The notes beneath the pieces were generated by a model, which made no database searches, was not told where the DNA came from, and saw only the letters and a list, made by a program, of their open reading frames with translations. A program made the translations under genes and the position numbers. From Pyrinomonadaceae bacterium (GTDB lineage Bacteria > Acidobacteriota > Blastocatellia > Pyrinomonadales > Pyrinomonadaceae), in NCBI GenBank assembly GCA_046313635.1, contig JBKBYA010000010.1:67092-131091 (forward strand): DNA of 64,000 nt. Reading direction: 5' to 3'. Position 1 is the first letter of the stretch, and every line of letters begins with the position of its first letter. Positions 9,276 to 24,900 of this stretch are shown one piece after another.

Positions 9276-10704
9276 TCAATTTGTTGACAGCGTTATTCAA
9301 GATCTCGAGCAGCGTATCGACCGTCTTCAGATGCGTGCGAAATGCGAGACACGCAAACCGCAGCGTGTACTTGCCGTCGAGCACCGTCGACGAGATAAAG
9401 GCGCGGCCGTCGGTGACGACCTCTTCGAGCAGGCGGCGGTTGAACTCGTCCGCGTCGCCGTGCTCGGGCCGGTAGCGATAGACGACGACCGAAAGCTCAG
9501 GCTCGAGCGGGCATTCAAAGCCGAGCTTTTGGACCTGGTCGTAAAAGTATCGAGCGAGCAGCAATTTTTCTTCGAGACAGGCCCGAAACGGGGCGAGACC
9601 GTGCAGCTTGAGCGGCAGCCAAAGCCGGAGGCCGCGGAAATGCTTTGTCAGCTCGGGCGACAGCTCGGCGGGCGAGGGTTCGTCAGTCGAAGAGCTTGCG
9701 TCCTGCATATAGTTCGCCGTGTAGTAATGCGATCGGCCGAGCTTGTCGGCGTCTCGCACGAGCACGACACCCGAGCCGTAAGGCAGAAAGAGTCCCTTGT
9801 GCGGATCGATGACAAGCGAATTAGAGAGCTCCATTCCGCGAAGCTTCTGCTTCCCGTCTTCCGTCAAAACAAAATAGCCGCCGTACGCCGCATCGACGTG
9901 AAACCAGAGGCCCTCGGCCCGCGCGATCTCGCCGATCTCGACAAGCGGATCGATCGCCCCGACATCGGTCGTGCCGGCCGATGCGATGACGAGAAACGGC
10001 CTGAGTCCTGCGGCGCGATCGGCGTCGATCTGCTCGGCGAGAGCCGACGGGACGATGCGATATTTTTCGTCAAGAGGCAGATGGCGGATCACGCATTCCG
10101 CGAGCCCGGCGATGCGTATCGCCTTGTCGATCGAATGATGTGCCTGCTCGGAGAGATAAATGACCGAACGCGGAATTTCAGTCGAGGTCACGCCCTGCGC
10201 GTCGCGGGCCGTGACGATGCCGATCAGATTCGCGATGCTCCCGCCCGACGTCAAATTGCCGCCGGCCGTCGCCGGATAACCGACGAGGTCGGCCATCCAG
10301 CGGATGAGCATGTTCTCCATCCGCACCGCGCCGGGGCTCGCATAAAAGACGCCGGCATATCGATTGAAAACGTCCGCGAGATAATCGCCCAGCGCCGAAT
10401 AATAAATACCGCCGCCCGGGATGTAGCCGAGATGCCCGCCCGACGCCGGGTTGAGCCCGGGCGTGTCGACATTCTCGGCGATCAGGCCGAGCGCCTCGTC
10501 GATATCGATACCGTCCTCCGCGATCGGCGACGTCAGCAGGGCGGCACCTTTTTCGTCGCTTCGATTGTAGGCGTTGATCGAGTCAATACGGTCAAGGAAT
10601 CGTTCCGCATAATCGACGACGGCGGAGCGGGCGGCGGCACGCGCATCGGGCGTCGGATCGAGCTTGCGGGCCTGGTTTTCGAGTGCGACGATCTGTTCTC
10701 TCAT
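9238..10704 (-). CDS. Group II PLP-dependent amino acid decarboxylase
   Basis: TSGGSIAN, AHHSIDKA, SAGTT, HVDAAYGG and DPHK (PLP lysine). Confidence 0.9.
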   Translation of the reverse strand: MREQIVALENQARKLDPTPDARAAARSAVVDYAERFLDRIDSINAYNRSDEKGAALLTSPIAEDGIDIDEALGLIAENVDTPGLNPASGGHLGYIPGGGIYYSALGDYLADVFNRYAGVFYASPGAVRMENMLIRWMADLVGYPATAGGNLTSGGSIANLIGIVTARDAQGVTSTEIPRSVIYLSEQAHHSIDKAIRIAGLAECVIRHLPLDEKYRIVPSALAEQIDADRAAGLRPFLVIASAGTTDVGAIDPLVEIGEIARAEGLWFHVDAAYGGYFVLTEDGKQKLRGMELSNSLVIDPHKGLFLPYGSGVVLVRDADKLGRSHYYTANYMQDASSSTDEPSPAELSPELTKHFRGLRLWLPLKLHGLAPFRACLEEKLLLARYFYDQVQKLGFECPLEPELSVVVYRYRPEHGDADEFNRRLLEEVVTDGRAFISSTVLDGKYTLRFACLAFRTHLKTVDTLLEILNNAVNKLNAEFDGHHHASA

Positions 10705-10738
10705 TTCGCTGTAACGGAGGTCGTAGGCACAGCAGTCG

Positions 10739-12400
10739 TTAAACCTCGACGACCGTCGTTACGATGACGGGTTTACTTTGGATCTTTTGCTGGACGTAGC
10801 GCTTGAGATGTATGCGCAGGTTCTCTTTGAAGACGGCCTTGTCGGCGATCTGTTCGCGTTTCATCTCTGAGATAGCCTCCGAGATCGCCTCGCGGGCCGA
10901 CGCGGCAAAGCCGTTCGTCGGGTCGACGCCGGCCACGCCGTGAAACGTGATGTGCGGCTCGCCGGCGAGCTGGTGCGTCTTTTTGTCGATCGTTACGACG
11001 AGAGAGATGGCGCCGCCGTAAGCGAGCTTTTTGCGTTCGCGGACGACGTCGTATTCGACCTCGCCGAGCGATTCTTCGTCGATGAAGGTCTTGTGCAGCT
11101 CGTGCCGCTCGACGATGCGCGCGCCGAATTCGTCGAGCTCGAGCACGTCGCCGTTCTCGATCAGGATGATGTTCTGATCGTTATAGCCGGCAACGTGATT
11201 CTTGATGAATTCCTTTTGCCTGAAGAGCATCCTGTACTCGCCGTGGATGGGCACGACGAATTTTGGCCGCGCGGTCTCGACCATGATTTGAATGTCCTCC
11301 TGCGAGGCGTGGCCCGAGACGTGGACGAGGCGGCGCTTCTCTTCGATGATATTCGCGCCGCGTTTGTACAGATGGCCGATCAGGCGGCTGATGTGTCGCT
11401 CGTTGCCGGGAATGATGCGTGCCGAGAGGACGACGGTGTCGCCCTTTTCGACCTCGAGGCCTTTGTAGGTCGAGGTCGCCATGTTCCAGAGGGCGGCGCG
11501 GTTCTCGCCCTGCGAACCTGTGACGAGATAAACGATCTCGTCGTCGTCAAGAGCTCGCGACTCGCCGAGCTCGACAAGCGTGTCGTCGGGCACGCGGAGC
11601 AGGCCGAGGTCCGACGCGATCTCGACATTTTTCATCATCGAGCGGCCGAGCACACAGACCTTGCGGCCAAACTCGTGCGCGAGGTCAAAGATGATCTGGA
11701 TGCGGTGCAGCGACGATGAGAACGTCGCCACGATCATACGTCCCTCTGTCTGCTCAAAGATCTCTTCAAATGCCGGGATGACCGCTCGCTCAGACGGCGT
11801 TCGGCCCGGAACGGTCGCATTCGTCGAGTCGCACAGCAGAGCGAGCACGCCGTCGTCGCCGATCCGCCGCAGCAGGTCGAGATCGTACGGTTTGCCGATG
11901 ACCGGCGTGTCGTCGATCTTGTAATCTCCCGTGTGGATGAGCGTGCCGACCGGCGTGTGGATCGCGACCGAGAAGCACTCGACAAGCGAGTGCGATGCGT
12001 GGATGAACTCGAGCTTGAAGCTGCCGACCTCGACCACGTCACCGGCCGACACGCGGTGCATCAGCACGTCGTCGAGCATATTGTGCTCGTCAAGCCGTTT
12101 CTCGGTCAGGGCGAGCGTGAAGCGCGAGCCGTAAACCGGCAGGTTGAATTTGCGCAGAATGTACGGCAAAGCGCCGATGTGGTCCTCATGCCCGTGGGTC
12201 AGCACGAGCGCGGTGAGGTCGTCGCGATACTCCTCGAGAAAGTCGAAATTAGGTATCGAGATGTCGACACCGAACGGCGTTTCCTCCGGAAAGCCCATAC
12301 CCGCGTCGATGACGATCATCTCGTCACCGTAGCGGATGCCCATGCAGTTCATTCCGAATTCGCCGATCCCGCCAAGCGGGATGATCTCGATCTTGTCCAC
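10739..12400 (-). CDS. rnj: Ribonuclease J
   Basis: PLGGIGEFGMN, THGHEDHIG, TGSQGE, HVSGHA and PIHGE. GTG start at 12400 follows an AAGGGG RBS. Confidence 0.95.
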   Translation of the reverse strand: MDKIEIIPLGGIGEFGMNCMGIRYGDEMIVIDAGMGFPEETPFGVDISIPNFDFLEEYRDDLTALVLTHGHEDHIGALPYILRKFNLPVYGSRFTLALTEKRLDEHNMLDDVLMHRVSAGDVVEVGSFKLEFIHASHSLVECFSVAIHTPVGTLIHTGDYKIDDTPVIGKPYDLDLLRRIGDDGVLALLCDSTNATVPGRTPSERAVIPAFEEIFEQTEGRMIVATFSSSLHRIQIIFDLAHEFGRKVCVLGRSMMKNVEIASDLGLLRVPDDTLVELGESRALDDDEIVYLVTGSQGENRAALWNMATSTYKGLEVEKGDTVVLSARIIPGNERHISRLIGHLYKRGANIIEEKRRLVHVSGHASQEDIQIMVETARPKFVVPIHGEYRMLFRQKEFIKNHVAGYNDQNIILIENGDVLELDEFGARIVERHELHKTFIDEESLGEVEYDVVRERKKLAYGGAISLVVTIDKKTHQLAGEPHITFHGVAGVDPTNGFAASAREAISEAISEMKREQIADKAVFKENLRIHLKRYVQQKIQSKPVIVTTVVEV

Positions 12401-12436
12401 TAAAAACCCCTTAATCCGCAATAATTATGAATCGAC

Positions 12437-12445
12437 AGTATAGCA
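12437..12445 (-). promoter_or_regulatory. Possible extended -10 promoter for rnj
   Basis: TG-C-TATACT on the minus strand in the rsmA-rnj gap; no clear -35. Confidence 0.35.
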
Positions 12446-12486
12446 CGCGCAGCCTCCGGGCGAGGTCACGGCCCGCCCGTTTGCGT

Positions 12487-13302
12487 TCAGCGGTCGAGCC
12501 GGCGAGCGAGCGCGACCCACTCGTCGGCGGTCAAACTCTCGGCCCGACGCCGCGGATCGATGCCGGCCGACCCGAGCGCCGCAGCCGCATCGGCGAAGCC
12601 TGCCTTGAGATTGTTTAGGATCGTCTTGCGCGGCTGACGAAAGGCCGCGCTTGCTACGCCGCGAAACGCGGAGGGAATGTCGGAGGCGGATGCTCGCGGG
12701 ACAAGTCTGACCACCGAGCTCCATATTTTGGGCACCGGGCGAAAGGCTTGCGGCGGCACGTCAAAGAGCTTTTCGATCTCAAAATGCGCTTCTGCAATGA
12801 CCGTCAAAAATCCCCGCTCGGCAGTGCCCGGACGGGCTGTGATCCGTTCGACGACCTCGCGCTGGAACATCAGCACGAGCGAGCCAAAAGCGTCGTGCTG
12901 CTCGGCGAGACGCTGCAGGATCGCGGTCGAAACGTAGTACGGCAAATTGGCGACGAGCTTGAGCTTTGCGCCCGAGGCGAGCGCGCGAAAGTCAAATTCG
13001 AGTGCGTCGCCCTCGACGACCCGAAACCTCTCCGACGCGCCGAATCGCTCGGCCAGCGCGGGCGCGAGTTCGCGGTCGAGTTCGATCGCCGTCACACCGG
13101 CGCCGCTCTCGACGAGCAGTTCGGTCAGGGCGCCGCGGCCCGGGCCGATCTCGACGATGCGGTCGCCGGCCGTTGGTTCGAGGGCGGCGACTATTTTGCG
13201 AATGAAGTTCGGATCGACCAAAAAATTCTGCCCGAGCGAACGCTTGGCCCGCGGGGGAAATTCGCGTTCGAGTTCGTCAGGGCGCTTTTGATCTGAAGCC
13301 AT
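12487..13302 (-). CDS. rsmA: 16S rRNA dimethyltransferase
   Basis: KRSLGQNFL, EIGPGRG, VANLPY and MFQREV. Confidence 0.95.
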   Translation of the reverse strand: MASDQKRPDELEREFPPRAKRSLGQNFLVDPNFIRKIVAALEPTAGDRIVEIGPGRGALTELLVESGAGVTAIELDRELAPALAERFGASERFRVVEGDALEFDFRALASGAKLKLVANLPYYVSTAILQRLAEQHDAFGSLVLMFQREVVERITARPGTAERGFLTVIAEAHFEIEKLFDVPPQAFRPVPKIWSSVVRLVPRASASDIPSAFRGVASAAFRQPRKTILNNLKAGFADAAAALGSAGIDPRRRAESLTADEWVALARRLDR

Positions 13303-13311
13303 TGCAAGGAC

Positions 13312-14406
13312 CTACGCCGGATAGGACGTGATCTCGAGGTCTCTGCCGAGCGGTGTGACCTCGAGATCCTTGAGCTGCAAAGCGTCGCTGAGGCATGCCG
13401 CGCCGCGGCCGCCGATCGCGACCGGCGCGTCCTCGCCGCCGATGATCAGCGGCGCGGTCAAAAAGGTGACCTTGTCGACGAGCCGCGCATCGCAGAAGGC
13501 TCCCGCGACCTGCGTTCCGCCCTCGACGAGCACGCTTTGGAGTTCCATTTCGCGAAGGCGCGCAAGGACGGCAGAGATGTCGCGCGGGTCGGTCTCAACG
13601 ACCTTGACGCCTCGCGATCCGAGCTGCTCGCGCTTTTCACTGTCGGTCGAATCCGAGATCACAACCGTCGGGACCTCGTTCGCGGTCCTGACGAGCGTCG
13701 AGTCGAGCGGCAGACGCAGGCGGCCGTCCAGAACTACGCGGACGAGCGGCCGCCGTCGCGCGAGACCGCTGCGGTCGGTCAGCGAAGGGTCGTCGACAAA
13801 TGCGGTCGTGCCGCCGATGAGGATAGCGTCGTGCTCGTGCCGCAGGCGTTGGACACGCTCGACGGCCTCCGGGCCCGAAAGTCTCGTCGATACGCTCTTG
13901 CCCAGCGAAATGCGGCCGTCGAGCGACGCGGCGAGCTTGAGATGAACGAAAGGCCGGCGGTTGCGGTGCCAGCAGATGAACTTTTCGTTCTGCCGCGCGG
14001 CCCTCTCGGCGAGCAGCCCGGTGACGACCTCGATGCCCGCAGCCCGCAGACGCGCGAAGCCCTGGCCTGAAACGAGCGGATTCGGATCTTCGATCGTGGC
14101 GACGACACGCGTGATGCCGGCGTCGATGAGCGCTTCGGTACAGGGCGGCGTGCGGTTGTGATGATCGTGCGGTTCGAGCGAGACGTACGCGGTGCCGCCG
14201 CGGGCGCGTTCGCCTGCCTGCTCGAGCGCGATCACCTCGGCGTGCTTTACGCGGTCAAAAAAGTATGAGCCTTCGCCGATGATATTTCCATCACGATCGA
14301 CAACGACGCAGCCGACGAGCGGGTTTGGCGAGACCTGGCCGACCCCGGCCTCGGCAAGATCGAGTGCCCGGCTGAGGAACCGAAGATCGTTGTCGCGCGT
14401 GGTCAT
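13312..14406 (-). CDS. ribD: Riboflavin biosynthesis deaminase/reductase
   Basis: SPNPLVG, HAE, LEPHDHHNRTPPC, KLAASLDGRI and VLVEGG. Confidence 0.95.
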   Translation of the reverse strand: MTTRDNDLRFLSRALDLAEAGVGQVSPNPLVGCVVVDRDGNIIGEGSYFFDRVKHAEVIALEQAGERARGGTAYVSLEPHDHHNRTPPCTEALIDAGITRVVATIEDPNPLVSGQGFARLRAAGIEVVTGLLAERAARQNEKFICWHRNRRPFVHLKLAASLDGRISLGKSVSTRLSGPEAVERVQRLRHEHDAILIGGTTAFVDDPSLTDRSGLARRRPLVRVVLDGRLRLPLDSTLVRTANEVPTVVISDSTDSEKREQLGSRGVKVVETDPRDISAVLARLREMELQSVLVEGGTQVAGAFCDARLVDKVTFLTAPLIIGGEDAPVAIGGRGAACLSDALQLKDLEVTPLGRDLEITSYPA

Positions 14407-15438
14407 CTATGTGAAAAGACCGTTAACGTACGCCTCAGGATCAAAGACCATCAGGTCGTCGACCTGCTCACCGACGCCGACGTAGCGGATCGGCAGGTCG
14501 AGTTCTTTTGCGATCGCGACGGCGATGCCGCCCTTTGCGGTGCCGTCGAGCTTGGTCAGTACGACGCCCGTGACGTTCGCCGTCTTCATGAACTGCCGGG
14601 CCTGCTCGAGGCCGTTCTGCCCGGTCACGGCGTCGATGACGAGGAGCGTCTCGTGCGGAGCTCCGGGCACTTCGCGGCCCGCGACGCGCTTCATCTTTTC
14701 GAGCTCGGCCATAAGATTCGCTTTGTTGTGAAGCCGGCCGGCCGTATCGACGATCAGCACGTCGGCGCCGCGCGACTTGGCGGCCTGCAGCGAATCGAAC
14801 AAGACGGCCGCGGGATCGGTTCCCTGCTTTTGCTGAATGATCTGAACGCCGGCGCGGCCGGCCCAGATCTCGAGCTGATCGCTCGCCGCTGCGCGAAACG
14901 TGTCGGCGGCACAGATGAGCACGTCGTTGCCCTCGTTCTTGATCCGCTGCGAGAGCTTGCCGATCGTCGTCGTCTTGCCGACGCCGTTGACGCCCACGAC
15001 CATCAGCACGTACGGCCTGATCGACGCGTCGACGCTGCGCTCGTCGGCTACGCCGCGTCTCTCTGCGTTATGCAGTATCTCGAGCAGCTCGCGCTTGATC
15101 GCGCTCTTGAGAGCGTCGAGGTCTTTGATCTCCTGTCGCGAGACGCCCTTTCTGACCGAGTCGAGTATCTGCATCGTCGTCGAGACGCCGATATCGGTCG
15201 CGATGAGCATCTCTTCGAGCTCGTCCAGAAAGGCCTCGTCGATCTGCTTGCGGCTCTCGAATATTGTGTCGAGGCGCGTATTGATCGAATCGCGGGTCTT
15301 CTCGATTGCGTTGTTGAACCGCACGCTGAGCTCGCGCTCGGCGGCAGCCTCCTGCGCCTTCAGTTCCTCGATCGACTTGTCGAGACCGAGTACCGAGGTC
15401 GAGAATTTGTCTTCCTTTTTCCTGCGCCAAAATGCCAT
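14407..15438 (-). CDS. ftsY: SRP receptor FtsY
   Basis: [22 protein letters not shown] and [10 protein letters not shown]. Confidence 0.97.
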   Translation of the reverse strand: MAFWRRKKEDKFSTSVLGLDKSIEELKAQEAAAERELSVRFNNAIEKTRDSINTRLDTIFESRKQIDEAFLDELEEMLIATDIGVSTTMQILDSVRKGVSRQEIKDLDALKSAIKRELLEILHNAERRGVADERSVDASIRPYVLMVVGVNGVGKTTTIGKLSQRIKNEGNDVLICAADTFRAAASDQLEIWAGRAGVQIIQQKQGTDPAAVLFDSLQAAKSRGADVLIVDTAGRLHNKANLMAELEKMKRVAGREVPGAPHETLLVIDAVTGQNGLEQARQFMKTANVTGVVLTKLDGTAKGGIAVAIAKELDLPIRYVGVGEQVDDLMVFDPEAYVNGLFT

Positions 15439-15471
15439 AGAGTGAGATCCCGCGTCCTTGTTAAATCACCG

Positions 15472-15500
15472 ATTATAGAAAAACGCCGCACGCTAAACAA
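15472..15500 (-). promoter_or_regulatory. Sigma-70-like promoter for the ftsY operon
   Basis: TTGTTT-N17-TATAAT on the minus strand, 33 nt upstream of the ftsY ATG. Confidence 0.5.
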
Positions 15501-15513
15501 AAAGCATGCGGCG
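15479..15513 (-). terminator. Intrinsic terminator after the HD-GYP gene
   Basis: Minus strand CGCCGCATGCT-loop-AGCGTGCGGCG followed by TTTTT. Confidence 0.5.
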
Positions 15514-15577
15514 GGCCGGAGCGTAAGCTTGTCGGCGATACTCGGCGAGGTCTGTCGACCTTGCCGTAAAGCGAGGT

Positions 15578-17419
15578 CTATGCCCGAAGGGTGACCTCGT
15601 CGATCGAGAGAACTGATGCGTCGTCGGCCGACGAAGCGAGATCGGGAGTTTCGTAGCCGACCGTCATCGCGCGCTGGCGGACGATGCCGTTGGCCACCTC
15701 GCCGTGGCGGCAGGCCTCGATCAAGGCATCGACGACGACGCCGTCGTATCGCGTGCCGACAAACTCTGAGATGCGGCTCAGCGCCTCCTCGAGCGGCAGT
15801 GCCTTTGAATACGGCCGGTCTATCGTCATCGCGTCAAAGGTGTCGGCGACCGAGACGATCCTCGCCTGCAGAGGGATCTCGTCGCCCTTCAGTCCCTGCG
15901 GGTAGCCCATGCCGTTGACCATCTCGTGGTGCATGTACATTCCGGGCAGGTAATCCCTCATCGCGGGTATCTGCGACATGATCTTGTAGCCGCGCTGCGG
16001 GTGCGTCTTCATTATCTCAAACTCTTCGGGCGTGAGAGCCGCAGGCTTTTTCAGAATGGCGTCGTCGATGGCGATCTTGCCGACGTCGTGCAGCAGCGCG
16101 CTCATCTTGAGCTTGTCGAGCTCGTCCTCGTCGAGACCCAATCGGCGGCCGATCGCGACCGCGATGCGGGATACGCGCTCCGAGTGGCCGCGTGTGTATT
16201 TGTCCTTGCCGTCGATCGCCGCGGCGAGGGCCTTGACCGTGCCGACAAAGAGCTCTCTATTCTCGCTGGCTGCCCGCTCGAGGTTTGCGATCTGCTCCTG
16301 GATCTTGTCGGTCATAAAGTTGAACGTCCGGCCCAGTGTACCGATCTCGGTAATGTTGTTTGCGTCGACGCGCGAAGAAAAGTCACCTTCGGCGATCCGT
16401 TCGGCGGCATGCACGAGACGCAGGACGGGCAGCGAAAGGAATCTGGCTCCGAGAAAGCCGGCCATCAGCGCAAAGCATGCGAAGGCAAGGCTTATCAGCC
16501 ACGTCTGCATCCTCATCTCGGCGACCGACGCGAGAGCGTTCCGCTCGTCCTGCATGGTAAATACGCCGAGCGACGTGTCCTTGCCGAAGCTGACCGTCGA
16601 GTAGGCTCCGATCATATTGTGACTGCGTCCCTCAAGATTGACCGTAAAAGGGACGAGTGCGGACTGGACCTGCCGGCTCGACTGCTGCCACTCCTCGACG
16701 ATCTTGAGGTCGGTCAGCGATCGCCGTTCGGCGGCGACGTTCGGATCGGGGTGAAAGATCGCGCGTCCGTTCTCGTCAAGGACGAAAATGATGGGCAGGC
16801 CCGAGTTCCAAAGATCTGCCTCGCTCGTCGGGGGCAGGCCGACGATGCTGCGACCAAAATCCTTTAGCGAAACGACCATGATCACCACCGCCGTGACGGT
16901 CTCGTGGTCGCGCACCGGCGACGAGAATGTCATCGCGGTCTCGCCGGTCGTCCCGACGCTGCGGGGCGAGCCGACCTGCAGCCGCTGCGAGCCGATCGTT
17001 GAGAGCACATCGTCCGACATCTGCTCGATCTCGGCGAGCTGTATGGCGTCTGACCGCCGCACGACGAGCGACGGGGCCTGCATCGGCTTGATGGCGACCG
17101 CGAGCACCCCGGGATTTTCTTTGAGTGTGAGGCTGAGCTTCTGCTCGGTGCTTCCGCTGTTGATGACGCCGAGGTCGCTCAATTCGAGCGCCATCGAGAT
17201 GCTCGTCACAAGGTCGCCGTAGCTCTTGCCGAACATCTCGATCTGGCGAGCCTTTTCCTGAACGAGCTGCACCTGATAGCGATTCTCGACCGATCGCAGT
17301 TCTTTGGCGCTCTTGTCTGACAGCATCCAGCCCGTAAGGACCAGCGGGACGAGCCCGACCGCGAGGAGGGTGAGTACAACAAAATAGACAAGACTGACTT
17401 TGTGTCGCTTTGCGGGCAT
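15578..17419 (-). CDS. Membrane HD-GYP phosphodiesterase with periplasmic Cache-like sensor and HAMP domain
   Basis: Two TM segments flank a periplasmic region, followed by HAMP (EIGTLGRTFNFM), GHSERV, LHDVGK, HHEMVNGMGYP and ADTFDAM. Confidence 0.9.
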   Translation of the reverse strand: MPAKRHKVSLVYFVVLTLLAVGLVPLVLTGWMLSDKSAKELRSVENRYQVQLVQEKARQIEMFGKSYGDLVTSISMALELSDLGVINSGSTEQKLSLTLKENPGVLAVAIKPMQAPSLVVRRSDAIQLAEIEQMSDDVLSTIGSQRLQVGSPRSVGTTGETAMTFSSPVRDHETVTAVVIMVVSLKDFGRSIVGLPPTSEADLWNSGLPIIFVLDENGRAIFHPDPNVAAERRSLTDLKIVEEWQQSSRQVQSALVPFTVNLEGRSHNMIGAYSTVSFGKDTSLGVFTMQDERNALASVAEMRMQTWLISLAFACFALMAGFLGARFLSLPVLRLVHAAERIAEGDFSSRVDANNITEIGTLGRTFNFMTDKIQEQIANLERAASENRELFVGTVKALAAAIDGKDKYTRGHSERVSRIAVAIGRRLGLDEDELDKLKMSALLHDVGKIAIDDAILKKPAALTPEEFEIMKTHPQRGYKIMSQIPAMRDYLPGMYMHHEMVNGMGYPQGLKGDEIPLQARIVSVADTFDAMTIDRPYSKALPLEEALSRISEFVGTRYDGVVVDALIEACRHGEVANGIVRQRAMTVGYETPDLASSADDASVLSIDEVTLRA

Positions 17420-17602
17420 TTGATCGGGGCGGCGAACTGAGAAGAGAGGAAACGAAGAGAGGCGGCGAATGTGAACGCCGCAACAATTGTATTACAGCGG
17501 TCGCCGGTCGGGCAACAGGTTTTATCCGTCCCCAAGTCCACAGCCGAAGCCCTCCGGCGCGATGGATAACGACCGGCGAATCAGAGATAATCGTTCTCGC
17601 CC

Positions 17603-21958
<4,356 letters not shown>

Positions 21959-21973
21959 CCCCTTCTGACACCG

Positions 21974-24900
21974 GTGTCAGAATATTCGCTCACGTCTCAC
22001 GCTTCTGAATTTGCCCGAATGGACGCGATCGAGGGGACTTTTGAAGGTTCTATGACGGGCCGAGTCATCGGCCCGTATCGCCTTGCCGAAGAATTAGGCC
22101 GAGGCGGAATGGGCGTCGTTTACAAGGGCGTGAGGGTCGACGGCGAGTTTGAACAGACCGTTGCCGTCAAGCTCATCAAGCGGGGGATGGACACCGACAC
22201 CATTCTCAAGCGCTTTCGCCGCGAGCGGCAGATCACCGCGGCACTCAACCACCCGAATATCGCGTACTTCTACGGCGGCGGCTCGACCGACGACGGACTG
22301 CCGTACTTCATCATGGAGTACATCAGCGGGCGGCCGCTGTACGACTACTGCGACGAAAAGCGTCTAACGGTCAGAGAGCGGCTGCAGCTGTTTCGGCAGA
22401 TCTGCTACGCGGTCGCTGCCGCCCACGAGCTGCGCGTCATCCACCGTGATCTCAAGCCGTCGAACATCCTCGTCAAGGACGACGGCAAGCCGAAGCTGCT
22501 CGACTTCGGGATAGCGAAGGTGCTCGACCCCGGTCTGGTCACGACCGATGTCGACCCGACGGCCACGCAGATGCGCGTGATGACGCCCGAGTACGCATCG
22601 CCCGAGCAGATCAACGGCGAAGAGGTCGATACGGCCTCCGACATCTACTCGCTCGGCGTCATTCTCTACGAGCTGCTTACCGGTCACCGCCCGTACACGC
22701 TCAAGCGCCGCTCGGCCGACGATGCGGCACGCGTCATCCGCGAAGAGTTCCCGACCAATCCGAGCGGCAGTCTGACCCGCGAAGACAGCCTGCTCCCGAG
22801 CAGCGGCGGCACCGGCAGCATCGATGCGGTGCTCGAAGCGCGAAAGACATCGCTCGAGGGACTGCGCCGCGAGCTCGCGGGCGACCTCGACCGGATAGTC
22901 CTAAAGGCGCTCAGGAAAAAGCCCGGCGAACGCTACGCCACGGCCGTCGCGCTGGCCGATGATATCGGGAATTTTTTATCGGGCCAGCCGGTCGACGCCG
23001 AGTTCTTTGTCCCGCCCCCGCCGTCGCGAGGCAGATCGTCGGACGTGCTGTCGATAGCGATACTGCCGCTCAAGATCCTCGACAGCCGCCCCGGCGATAC
23101 CGGTGACGAGTTCCTCGGCATCGGATTGGCCGACGCGCTGATCACGAGGCTCAGCGGCGTGCAGCGGCTGGTCGTGCGGCCGACGAGCTCCATCCTGCCT
23201 TTCGTCGGTGTCCCCGCGGACGAGGCCGGGCGGCGGCTGGACGTAGATTATGCGCTCGACGGCAGCGTCCGGATCATCGAGGGCCGGATAAGGGTCTCGG
23301 TCCAGCTATTGAAGGTGGACGAGAATTCAACGCTCTGGGCGCGGGCCTTCGACGAGAACACGACCGACGTCCTCGAACTCGAGGACGACCTCGCCGCGCA
23401 GGTCGCGACGGCCTTGATCCCGCAGCTCAGCGGCGAGGAGCGCCGGCGGCTCGACCGCCGCGGGACCAACAAGCCCGCCGCCTACGAGGCGTACCTGCGA
23501 GGCCGGTATTTTTGGAGCAAGTTCACGGCGCACGATCTGCTCAAGGCGGTCGCGGCATTTGAGCAGGCGGTCGAGATCGACCCTGACTATCCGCAGCCGT
23601 ATATCGGCCTTGCCGACTACTGGGTCTGGTCGGCGATCTTTGGCGAGGTGCCCTCCAAGGAGGGTTTTGCCAAGGCCATCAAGGCGGCGTCGCGGGCGCT
23701 CGAGATCGACGACTCGCTCGGCGAAGCGTACGCGGTCCTGGCCTTTTCGATCTTTCTCAGCAAATGGGACTGGCAGGAGGCAGAACGCCTGGTCGAGCGC
23801 GCCATCGAGCTAAATCCAAACAGCGCTTTTGCGCACGAATGCAGATCGAATTTCCTCACCGCTCAAGGCCGCTTCGAGGAGGGCATCGCCGAGATCATTC
23901 TCGCCGAAGAGCTCGACCCGCAGTCACCGCGCGCAAAGGTGATGACCGGCTGGACGCTCTACCAGGCGCGCCGTTAAAGCGAAGCGCTTGAAAAGTACAC
24001 GGCCGCCAATGCGATGCAGCGCGACTTTCCGCAGGGTCTGCTTCACCTTGGTAATGCGCTGTCGGCCGCGGGCGATCACGAGCAGGCGGTCGCAATGCTC
24101 CGCAGGGCCGCCGAATTGTGGGGACAGTCCGGCCTGCCGCGGCATCTGCTCGCGCACGCACGCGCCGCGCAGGGCGACCAGGCCTCCGTCCGGCGGATAC
24201 TCGACAAGATGCTCGAGACCGCAAAGACCAAACACGTCAAGCCGTACTTCATCGCGATGACCTATCTCGCGGCCGGCGAGTACGACGAGGCTTTCAAATG
24301 GTTTGAGCGGGCCGTCGACGACGGTAACGAGTGGATGATCTGGTTTGGCGTCGAGCCCAAGCTCGACCCGATCCGCAGCGATCCGAGGTACGTCGAAATT
24401 CTCCGGCGGACGAACAACCCGCTGGCCGACGCCGCATCGCCGCGTCCCGACACGGGCGAACGCGAGCGTTCGATCGCCGTACTTCCCTTTCGCGTGCTCA
24501 ATACCGCTGACAGCTCCGACACGGCCGAGGAATATTTGAGCCTCGGCCTGGCAGACGCCGTCACGATGCGCCTCTCGAACGTGCGGCGCTTCGTCGTCCG
24601 GCCGACGAGCTCGGTCGCGGCATTCGCCAACGAGTCGGCCGACCCTTTCGAGGCCGGGCGCAAGCTCGGCGTCGAATACGTTTTGGACGGCCTGATACGT
24701 CGCTTCCGCGGCCGCATTCGCGTGACCGCGCAGCTGCTGAACGTGACCGAGAACGCAACCGTTTGGTCGGCCAGCTTCGCCGACTCGTTCAGGGACGTCC
24801 TCGAGCTCGAAGACTCTATCTCCGAGCAGGTCGCCCTGCAGCTGATACCTAAACTGTCGGGCGACGAGCAAAGGCGCCTTACGAGGCGGTGTACGAGGGA

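Noticed and set aside
23975..23977. Stop-codon reassignment or programmed readthrough
   Set aside because: TAA terminates ordinary genes elsewhere in the window; a point mutation or sequencing error is simpler.
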